Virus record (IMG/VR): IMGVR_UViG_3300048576_000566
Span: 1-48,447 of that record
From: a virus
Taxonomy: Duplodnaviria > Caudoviricetes
DNA length: 48,447 nt
Direction: 5' to 3' (one strand)
A program made the position numbers and the translations under genes. Below are positions 26,983 through 34,154 of the stretch, piece by piece. The notes below the pieces were generated by a model. That model did not search any database. It was not told the DNA's origin and was given only the letters and a program-made list of their open reading frames with translations. Position 1 is the stretch's first letter, and every line of letters starts with the position of its first letter.

Positions 26983-27555
26983 ATGACCACACTGCCACCG
27001 GCATCAAATGCCACCAACGCCGCGGCGACCGAAGGGGATGTGAAAACCTTCCTGACGGCTCTCCGCGATTACCTCAACGGACTCTTTGGCTCAACCGGCG
27101 TCCCGGCCGACGCACGGAACGCACTCGGCGTGTCGAACAATACAGTGGCGAAGACAGGCGACACGATGACGGGACCGCTCAGCGTTCCGGAGCTCACTGT
27201 GACCAGTGATGGCCCGCTCATAAAAATGATAGATACGGACTCCATGACAAGGTATCTGCACCATCAGGGCGGCGTCATGGGGTTCCTCGACAACACAGGG
27301 AACTGGGCATTCTATGAAGACAACAACGGCGCTCTGTGGAGCAAGGCTTATGGCGTTCTGCACAATTTTTTCTCCACTAGGAGCTATGTCGATAGCACGT
27401 TTGCTCCGAGAACCGCCTACGTTGATGTAACGGCTTTGGCTACAGTAGGTGGAGCAGCCCAAAGTCAACAGATCAGGCTGACGCGGGCAAATGGCTCTAA
27501 CAGCACTGTGTACACCTACCGCGCCATCGGAGGCGGTGATTCCGGAGGAGGTTGA
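26983..27555 (+). CDS. Short tail fibre
   Basis: ARNALG, VAKTGDTMTGPL fibre motifs; lower-GC C-terminal half. Confidence 0.75.
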   Translation: MTTLPPASNATNAAATEGDVKTFLTALRDYLNGLFGSTGVPADARNALGVSNNTVAKTGDTMTGPLSVPELTVTSDGPLIKMIDTDSMTRYLHHQGGVMGFLDNTGNWAFYEDNNGALWSKAYGVLHNFFSTRSYVDSTFAPRTAYVDVTALATVGGAAQSQQIRLTRANGSNSTVYTYRAIGGGDSGGG

Positions 27556-27557
27556 AA

Positions 27558-28064
27558 ATGCAATACGCGAGCACTGAGATCTACAACGGCGTCGAGACGG
27601 TCGTTGTTGTCTTACCTCTCTCTGTTGTGCCCGATTTCGATCCGGAGAACCCGCCGCAGGACAACACCTACGGCGTGCCGGACGAAGTGCAAATCGGGTG
27701 GGAAAAACAGGTGGACGGCACATTCGCGCCGCATGTGCCGACCAGCGACGAGATCATCGCGGGGCTATCGGCGCAGATCCAGAAGCGCCTGGATGATTTC
27801 GCAAAGACCCGGCGTTACGACAACGTGGGCTCCGGACCGAAGTACGACGATCTCACGGATGCCGAGATCGCTTCGCTGCCGGACGTTCTGCAGGCGATCG
27901 TCACGCGGTATCGCGCGGAGACGAGGTATCTGAAAGTGAAGACCGCGGAGACCTGGGCGAAGGGCGAGATCCTGACAGCGGAAGTTCTGAGCGGCGAGCG
28001 CCCGGTACCGTCCTCGATCGCCGATATCGAGGTTGACTTGCCGACGCTGGAGTGGCCGGTGTGA
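27558..28064 (+). CDS. Tail fibre assembly-like protein
   Basis: QKRLDDFAKTRRYD and C-terminal LPTLEWP motif. Confidence 0.65.
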   Translation: MQYASTEIYNGVETVVVVLPLSVVPDFDPENPPQDNTYGVPDEVQIGWEKQVDGTFAPHVPTSDEIIAGLSAQIQKRLDDFAKTRRYDNVGSGPKYDDLTDAEIASLPDVLQAIVTRYRAETRYLKVKTAETWAKGEILTAEVLSGERPVPSSIADIEVDLPTLEWPV

Positions 28065-28097
28065 GTGTTAAGCGCGTCGGGCGATCACTCCACGGTT

Positions 28098-28832
28098 TCA
28101 ATCTGCTGCTTCGCCAGAAGGCTCTTGTTGAGCAAGCGTATGCCCAATCGCCTTGTAGGTCGCGCGCTTCTCAGCGGCGAGGCTCCCGTAGATCTGGATC
28201 AACTGCTCTTCGTCGTGCGTCAGCACTCGCGGTTCCGGCTCGGCCTGCGTGAAGATCGCATGCCGGGCGTCTATGGGTTTCGCGTCCCCGAGCCAGGCAT
28301 CCCGCGCCCGTAACAGGCGGTACGATCCCGCCTGTCCCCCGTAGATTGCGGCCATCCGCTCGGTGCTGATCTGGGCCAGGCGAATCTCCCGCCCCCGCGC
28401 CATGATCGCATCGAGCCCCTTCTTGCGCACGCCGAGCAGAATCTCGGTGGCCAGATAGCGGTATGTCGTCACGCGCCCGGCGCGGCCGCGCACCTCGCTC
28501 TCCATCGGCTGGCTGAGCACGGCTGCGTGCCGTTGCCCGTCGGTCGCAATCGTCACCGTCCACGGCTCGTCGTGCAGGTGCATGTCGAGGGTCTCGGCGC
28601 ACTCATCCTCGTCGACGAAACGCCAGACTTCGAACGGCGTGCCCCGGCCCTCCGTCAGCCATTCGACGCGTACGCCTTCAATCCGCCGGATGGTGAAGAG
28701 CGTTTCCCATCCCGGCGTCGTCAGCTTGGTTTTCAGGTTCTGGATGATTCCTCGGTTGATGCCGAATTCCTTCGCCCAACCGTATTCGGTTCGGTCTTCG
28801 AGCACCTGTTTTAATCGCTGAAGAATATCCAT
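28098..28832 (-). CDS. CI-like repressor (N-terminal HTH)
   Basis: Only clear minus-strand phage gene, divergent from the early operon; HTH ending VRVEWLTEGRG; no visible S24 peptidase motif. Confidence 0.75.
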   Translation of the reverse strand: MDILQRLKQVLEDRTEYGWAKEFGINRGIIQNLKTKLTTPGWETLFTIRRIEGVRVEWLTEGRGTPFEVWRFVDEDECAETLDMHLHDEPWTVTIATDGQRHAAVLSQPMESEVRGRAGRVTTYRYLATEILLGVRKKGLDAIMARGREIRLAQISTERMAAIYGGQAGSYRLLRARDAWLGDAKPIDARHAIFTQAEPEPRVLTHDEEQLIQIYGSLAAEKRATYKAIGHTLAQQEPSGEAAD

Positions 28833-28935
28833 TTGTTAACGAAAAAAATCGTTGACATACATCTGCACGTGTACTAAATTTGAATCATTCGTTAGTTAAC
28901 GAACAAGTTTTGTGCACTGTTATGGAGATTAACAC
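28833..28935. promoter_or_regulatory. Divergent immunity promoter/operator region
   Basis: TTGACA(28852)-17 bp-TAAATT(28875); inverted TAACGA half-sites at 28834-28857 and 28888-28903. Confidence 0.75.
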
Positions 28936-29097
28936 ATGAGCGAAAAGCGTAGCGCCTCCTTGGTTACGGTCAGCCTGCCCAAAGGCGATAAGGATCGCCT
29001 CAAGGCGTTGGCCGAAAAGGAACAGCGCACCGTCTCGAATCTCGCGTGCGTTCTATTGCGTGAAGCGCTCAAGAAGCGCGAAAAGGTGGCGGCCTGA
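28936..29097 (+). CDS. Ribbon-helix-helix (Arc/CopG-like) protein in the Cro position; not in ORF track
   Basis: GGAG SD; 53 aa MSEKRSASLVTVSLPKGDKDRLKALAEKEQRTVSNLACVLLREALKKREKVAA. Confidence 0.8.
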   Translation: MSEKRSASLVTVSLPKGDKDRLKALAEKEQRTVSNLACVLLREALKKREKVAA

Positions 29098-29098
29098 G

Positions 29099-29317
29099 AT
29101 GGCCGACATGCCTGAATCCCTGCGCCGGACCGGCCTCGTGTCGATCAGCGACAACATTCCGGAAGGGTACAGCGCGGCGATTGCGCGGGATTTCGTACGC
29201 GTTTTCCGCGCGGACCTCGAGCACCGGCTGTACGGATGGACAAAGCCGGTTCCCGCCCTGACCCGTTCCCCCGTACCGCCCCGTATCCCCGTAAAGAAGC
29301 CCAGGAGCGAACCATGA
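29099..29317 (+). CDS. Small early protein, paralogue of 30437..30631
   Basis: Shares IARDFVR.FRADLE.RLYGWTKP with 30437..30631. Confidence 0.7.
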   Translation: MADMPESLRRTGLVSISDNIPEGYSAAIARDFVRVFRADLEHRLYGWTKPVPALTRSPVPPRIPVKKPRSEP

Positions 29318-29859
29318 AACAGATCTCGATGAACCTGAATTTCAGCGGCGCCATTTTGCCTGTCGTCGACAGTGAAGACGGCTTTCAGCGCGTTCCCTTG
29401 AAGCCGATTTGCGAGGCGGTGGGGGTTGAATGGGCTCGTCAGCACAAGAAGATGCAGACCCCGTATTTGGCCCGCCGGCTCGGTATCTGCGTAGAACAGA
29501 TGTACTACGCAGGTCAGACCCGCCTGATGGTTTTGATCAGGCTCGATCGCGTCGAATCCTTCCTCAACACCCTCAACCCGGAACTGATCCGTTCGGCCGG
29601 CAACGTCGACGCCGCCGATTTCCTCGAGGCCAAGCATCTGGAGTGGGATGACCTCCTGCATCTGTACGAGCTTGGCAAAGGCGATCTTTTTAAAGAGCGT
29701 TCGTCCCGCATCACCACCGTGCGCGCTTTCGTGTCGGCGCTCAAGGTGAAGAACGCGACGCCCGATCCGGTCGATCGGAAGGCAGTCTCCGCGATTCTCT
29801 CCGGGCTCGCCCGCGACCTCGATATTCCGTATCAGCAGGAGCTCGCAGGAACCGAATAA
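29314..29859 (+). CDS. Antirepressor-like protein (P22 Ant N-terminal domain)
   Basis: VPLKPICEAVGVEWARQHKKM...FLNTLNP motif. Confidence 0.75.
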   Translation: MKQISMNLNFSGAILPVVDSEDGFQRVPLKPICEAVGVEWARQHKKMQTPYLARRLGICVEQMYYAGQTRLMVLIRLDRVESFLNTLNPELIRSAGNVDAADFLEAKHLEWDDLLHLYELGKGDLFKERSSRITTVRAFVSALKVKNATPDPVDRKAVSAILSGLARDLDIPYQQELAGTE

Positions 29860-29866
29860 ACAGGGT

Positions 29867-29943
29867 GTCCGGCGAGCGCGCCAACGCTCGCCGGACGGTG
29901 CGACGGGATACAACTGGACTCGCACGCCAAGTATCCGCGTCGC
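29867..29943 (+). ncRNA. Candidate structured RNA (two hairpins)
   Basis: Perfect 12-bp stem 29867-29896; bulged stem 29900-29943; no U-tract. Confidence 0.4.
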
Positions 29944-29982
29944 GCCCGACGAAATGAAGTGGACGTCAGGGAGCGATTCACA

Positions 29983-30444
29983 ATGGATGTCTTCGAGGCG
30001 GCATACCGCGTCGCGCACGACTACAAGGGCGGCGCCGCGAACAAGGGTGGCGCGGTGCGCATGGCCCAGGACCTGGGCGAGAACCCCGGCACCTTCCTCA
30101 ACCGCCTGAATCCCGAGCAGGAAACGCACAAGCTCTGGCTCGCGACCTCGGTGCGCATGCAGGTCGTGTCCGGAGACCATCGCATCCTGCACGCCATGGG
30201 CGCCACCCTGGGCGAGGTCTGTTTCCCGGTCCCCGACCTTTCGAACGTCTCTGACGCGGCGCTCGTCGAGCTGGTCTGCCGCATCGGCGACGAGGGCGGC
30301 GATTTCTACCGGGCCATCAACGCCGGCCTTTCCGGCGCGCGCTTCTCCCGCGCCGACTACGCCCGCATCCGCAAGGAAGGTCAGGAATACATGGCCGCCA
30401 TCGCCGAGACGATGGCCCGCATCGAGGGCCTGGTCGATGACTAG
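29983..30444 (+). CDS. Phage CII-family regulatory protein
   Basis: HDYKGG...MA..LG....TFLNRLNP..ETHKL...GDHRILHA pattern. Confidence 0.75.
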   Translation: MDVFEAAYRVAHDYKGGAANKGGAVRMAQDLGENPGTFLNRLNPEQETHKLWLATSVRMQVVSGDHRILHAMGATLGEVCFPVPDLSNVSDAALVELVCRIGDEGGDFYRAINAGLSGARFSRADYARIRKEGQEYMAAIAETMARIEGLVDD

Positions 30445-30631
30445 CCCCCTCCCCGACCCGCTGCGCCGCGCCGGCCTTGAGCGCCTGACCGACAACCTGC
30501 CCGAGGGCGCTTCGCTGGATATCGCCCGCGACTTCGTCCGCATCTTCCGCGCCGACCTCGAGCAGCGCCTCTATGGCTGGACCAAGCCCGCGCCGGCGGT
30601 CACCCGGCGCCTGCCGCAGGAGGACCGCTGA
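30437..30631 (+). CDS. Small early protein, paralogue of 29099..29317
   Basis: Shared conserved core. Confidence 0.7.
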   Translation: MTSPLPDPLRRAGLERLTDNLPEGASLDIARDFVRIFRADLEQRLYGWTKPAPAVTRRLPQEDR

Positions 30632-30750
30632 TGCCCTCCCTGCGCGACTGGCTGCAGGCCCTGGCCGCCATCCTCGTCTTCTCCACGGTCACGTCGGCGC
30701 TCGATCCCGCCGCGCCGGCCGAACTTCCCCGGATCGGACAGGAGCGAACG

Positions 30751-31452
30751 ATGAACCGTTATCTCACCGAGGCCGAGCAGACCAAGCTGCTCTGGACCTT
30801 GAAGGTGCACAGCGGCGACCCGCTGGCCGCGCGCGATTACGCCTGGGTGCGCGCGCTGCGCCATTCCGGGCTGCGCATCCAGGAGTTCTCCCGCATCAGC
30901 GTCGGCGACACGCTGGCCGCGCTGCGCTCGGGCTACCTCTACATCCCGCGCGAACACCGCAAGGGCTGGAACCGCAAGCCCGCGCAGGACGGCAAGCTGC
31001 GCAAGCCGCCGAAGGACCACAGCGTCTACCTCACCGACGCCCTGCGCCGCGCGCTGCAGGATCTGCTGAAGTGCCGCTTCGAGATCACCGGCGCCGACTG
31101 CCGCGAAGTCGATCCGCTCGTCGTCTCGCGCCACGGCACGGCGATGAGCGTGCGCAACTACGAGCTGCGCCTGTCCGCCTGGGCGGTCAAGGCCGGACTG
31201 CCTCCGGGCGTCTCCCCGCACTGGCTGCGCCACACCCGCGCCATGGCGATCATGCAGGAGAGCACCGCGCGCGACCCCCGCGGCGTGGTGCAGAAGGCCC
31301 TCGGCCACGCCGACATCCGTTCCAGCGGCGTCTACACCCAGACCCCGCGCGAGGAGGTCGAGGCCACCCTTGACGCGATCGACGCCCGCGCCGCCGGCCG
31401 CATCACCCTGGCGGCCCTGCGCCGCGCGTTCTACGGGAGGGCCGCAGCATGA
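30751..31452 (+). CDS. Short tyrosine recombinase (catalytic domain only); frame also open from 30631
   Basis: SGLR, HWLRH, LGH and catalytic Y; AGGAG SD before 30751. Confidence 0.85.
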   Translation: MNRYLTEAEQTKLLWTLKVHSGDPLAARDYAWVRALRHSGLRIQEFSRISVGDTLAALRSGYLYIPREHRKGWNRKPAQDGKLRKPPKDHSVYLTDALRRALQDLLKCRFEITGADCREVDPLVVSRHGTAMSVRNYELRLSAWAVKAGLPPGVSPHWLRHTRAMAIMQESTARDPRGVVQKALGHADIRSSGVYTQTPREEVEATLDAIDARAAGRITLAALRRAFYGRAAA

Positions 31453-31916
31453 GCGACTTCAAAATCGAGGTCAAGCCGCTCGAGGACGGCAACCGCCAGG
31501 ACGATCACTGGCTCACGGTCACCACCACGATGCGCAACTCCGAGTTCGAGCGGTTCCATGCCGCCATGCAATCGGACGACTGGGAAAAGCGCCAGGCCCT
31601 GCGCAACGCCGACCTGCAGACCTGTCTCAAGTCGATCCAGGTGGCCATGAACTGGGCGATGCACCACGACTGTAGCGGCGCCGCCGTCTTCGCCCGCCTG
31701 CTGGCCAGCCTGTACAACGGCGACCGCGTGAAGATGGATGCCTCGCGCCTGGTCTTCGTGCTCGACGGCCCCAACTTGGAGCACGCGCTCAACGTCATCC
31801 GCCTGTGCTACGAGACACGCCGCGAGCCGCACACCTTCTTCGTCGACGGCGGCGATCTGTTCGAACGGATGATCGCCACCTGGGGCTTCGAGAAGCGCCG
31901 GAGGAAGGCGGCATGA
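31449..31916 (+). CDS. Hypothetical phage protein
   Basis: ATGA coupled; SGAAVFARLLASLYNG motif. Confidence 0.65.
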   Translation: MSDFKIEVKPLEDGNRQDDHWLTVTTTMRNSEFERFHAAMQSDDWEKRQALRNADLQTCLKSIQVAMNWAMHHDCSGAAVFARLLASLYNGDRVKMDASRLVFVLDGPNLEHALNVIRLCYETRREPHTFFVDGGDLFERMIATWGFEKRRRKAA

Positions 31917-31988
31917 CCACCGTGCTGCTCCTGTGGCTGGTCCTGTCCGTGCCGGTCAGCCTGCTCGCCGGCGCCTGCATCGCCCGGT

Positions 31989-32213
31989 ATGCGGGCGATT
32001 GAGGCCGCCATGGGACAGCGCGATCCGCTCGACCCCGACGACCTGCTCGAGCAGGCCCGCCGGCTCGCCAGCCGCCACAACATGTTCTTCACCCGCCAGG
32101 GCGAGGCCTTCGCCCTCTTCCGCCGCACCCCGACGCGCCCGGTCTTCCTCGGCCGGCGCTCGACCCCCTCCGCGCTGAGCCAGCTCGTCTCGCGCTGCGC
32201 GGCCTGCAAGTGA
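31989..32213 (+). CDS. Small hypothetical protein
   Basis: ORF within the early operon; start uncertain. Confidence 0.55.
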   Translation: MRAIEAAMGQRDPLDPDDLLEQARRLASRHNMFFTRQGEAFALFRRTPTRPVFLGRRSTPSALSQLVSRCAACK

Positions 32214-32282
32214 CCATCAGGAGCGAAAAACCATGATCAATGCCTTATTCATCGACCCGTCGACAGCAGGGAGGCGGAAGAC

Positions 32283-32603
32283 ATGCTGACCTTCGCCGAC
32301 GAAATGCGCGCGCTCGAATTGGCCGTAGCCGCCGAGGCCGCCCGGCGGGCCGAAGCGCTGGCGAACTCCCAACGGGACGCGATCAGCCTCGCCCGGCGGC
32401 AGGGGCTGCTCGACGCGATTTTGCAGCACGGCCCGATGACCGCGCGGCAGTGCGCCGAGGCCACCGGTTTCAGCCGGGACAGCACGCTGCACCACCTCAA
32501 CACCCTGATCGCGCTGGAGCAGGTCGTCCGCCGCAACGCGAACGGGGTACGAGTCTTCTGCCTTCACCCCGACCCCACCACCACCACCACCACCACCACC
32601 TAG
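32283..32603 (+). CDS. Winged-HTH protein ending in poly-Thr
   Basis: GPMTARQCAEATGFSRDSTLHHLNTL; (ACC)8 at the 3' end. Confidence 0.65.
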   Translation: MLTFADEMRALELAVAAEAARRAEALANSQRDAISLARRQGLLDAILQHGPMTARQCAEATGFSRDSTLHHLNTLIALEQVVRRNANGVRVFCLHPDPTTTTTTTT

Positions 32604-32611
32604 GAGCGACC

Positions 32612-33259
32612 ATGCACCAATTCACCCCTTCAGCTACCCCGCGAATCGGCACCTTCATCGACGGCGGCTATTTCGGCGGCGTCATCAACGTGAATGGCAC
32701 CCACAAGGGCTTCGTTTGGGCGCCGAAAGCGGCCGGACAGATCATCGCCAGACTCCTGTTTACCGGCAAGACCGCTCAGGGCGAGTACAGCCCCCACGAC
32801 TGCGCCGCCAACACCGCGGCCCTGATCGCCTCCGGCAGCGAAGCCGCCGAGCGCGTCGCCGCACTGGACATCAACGGCTACCAGGACTGGCTCGTCCCCA
32901 GCCGCGACGTGCTCGAACTCGGCTACCGCCACTTCAAGCCGACCGCGTATCCCAACTGCTGCTCATGGCGCGACGGCGAGAACCCCAACAGCGTGCCGCC
33001 CGGCTGGCTGTACACCGAGGACAACCCGGCGCAGACGACGCTGGAGGCTTTCAAGGCGGGCGGTCCAGAGGCGTTCGACGCCGCGTGGTACGGGTCTTCG
33101 ACCGTTTTTCCCGACGGCATGACGGCGTTCGTCCAGGTCTTCTGCATCGGCGATCAGTACGGCATCAACCTCTCGTCTGAGGTCCGCGTCCGTGCCGTCA
33201 GGCTGATTCAACTCGGTTCTTCAATCCTTCAATCCTTTATCAGGAATTCGCCCACATGA
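32612..33259 (+). CDS. DGR target protein 1 (DUF1566/CLec-like, 215 aa)
   Basis: AGGAG SD; GGYFGG, GYQDWLVPSRDVL, WYGSST and terminal RVRAVR motifs; contains VR1. Confidence 0.85.
   Translation: MHQFTPSATPRIGTFIDGGYFGGVINVNGTHKGFVWAPKAAGQIIARLLFTGKTAQGEYSPHDCAANTAALIASGSEAAERVAALDINGYQDWLVPSRDVLELGYRHFKPTAYPNCCSWRDGENPNSVPPGWLYTEDNPAQTTLEAFKAGGPEAFDAAWYGSSTVFPDGMTAFVQVFCIGDQYGINLSSEVRVRAVRLIQLGSSILQSFIRNSPT
33122..33201 (+). repeat. DGR variable repeat VR1
   Basis: Aligns ungapped to TR 34300-34379 with 9 mismatches at TR adenines and 1 non-A mismatch. Confidence 0.95.
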
Positions 33260-33750
33260 AACTGCACATCGAAAACGTCAACATCACCCTGGCCCACGCG
33301 CAACCGCCGGCCGGCCTGCTCGCCGCCCTGGCCATTGCCTCCGCCGCCAAGGCGTCGTCCCCCAGCCGGCCCGTCCCGGCCATCGGCGACAAGTGGCCCG
33401 GCCTCGCCGCCACCTACGCCGGCGTCTCGCTCTCGAAGACCGGCGACCGCCTGGTGCACCTGATCCTGTGGGACGACGATCCGCAGATGCCGCTGAACTA
33501 CGCGGATGCCGTCAAGCACGCCGAGAACGTCAAGCCGGACATGGACAGCCACCTGCCGACCCGCCACCAGGGCCTCACGCTGTTCGACAACCTGCGCGAT
33601 CGCTTCGAGACGTCTCCCTGGTACTGGCTGCTCACGAAGACGCTCAGCGGCAAGGCGGCGTTCGTCCAGCTCTTCGACATCGGCGATCAGGCCATCAGCG
33701 ACCTCTCGTCTGAGGTCCGCGTCCGTGCCGTCAGCGAGATTCCTCTTTGA
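33256..33750 (+). CDS. DGR target protein 2 (DUF1566/CLec-like, 164 aa)
   Basis: ATGA coupled to target 1; LPTR, WYW and RVRAV motifs; contains VR2. Confidence 0.85.
   Translation: MKLHIENVNITLAHAQPPAGLLAALAIASAAKASSPSRPVPAIGDKWPGLAATYAGVSLSKTGDRLVHLILWDDDPQMPLNYADAVKHAENVKPDMDSHLPTRHQGLTLFDNLRDRFETSPWYWLLTKTLSGKAAFVQLFDIGDQAISDLSSEVRVRAVSEIPL
33655..33735 (+). repeat. DGR variable repeat VR2
   Basis: Aligns ungapped to TR 34300-34380 with 10 mismatches, all at TR adenines. Confidence 0.95.
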
Positions 33751-33776
33751 CCCTTTGATCCTTTAGTCCTTCGACC

Positions 33777-34154
33777 ATGCTGCATACCGACCTGCCGATC
33801 TACAAGAAAGGGTACGACCTGCTCACCCTGGCCGCCGACGTGCACCTGAACATGCCGCGCACGTTCAAGCAAAGCCTGGGCAGGCGGGTTCATGACGAGT
33901 GTGTCGACCTGCTCCTGGAGATCGGCTACGCCAATGCCAGCCGCGGGGAAAAGCGTTGCGAGCACATCCGCAACGTCCTCCGCGGGCTGGAGGTGGTGTC
34001 GCTGATGATGCGCGTCAGTGCCGACAAAGGTTTTGTGTCCTGGAAGCTGTGGGCCAGGGCCATCGAAATGACGAACATCCTCAACAGACAGGCCGGCGGC
34101 TGGTTGAAGAAGTCAGCAACCGCGTCTGATTCATCGGGGCCAAGGCTCCCATGA
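33777..34154 (+). CDS. avd: DGR accessory variability determinant (Avd-like four-helix bundle)
   Basis: 125 aa basic helical protein, LPIYKK.YDL...PR.FK.SLG...QAGGW; position before TR/RT. Confidence 0.88.
   Translation: MLHTDLPIYKKGYDLLTLAADVHLNMPRTFKQSLGRRVHDECVDLLLEIGYANASRGEKRCEHIRNVLRGLEVVSLMMRVSADKGFVSWKLWARAIEMTNILNRQAGGWLKKSATASDSSGPRLP

Noticed and set aside
32577-32600. (ACC)8 tract as a phase-variation switch or His-tag
   Set aside because: A triplet repeat keeps frame; the poly-His reading belongs to an upstream extension before the SD-supported start at 32612
32240-32611. Long N-terminal extension of DGR target 1 in the ORF track
   Set aside because: Overlaps the winged-HTH gene in another frame; AGGAG SD supports ATG 32612
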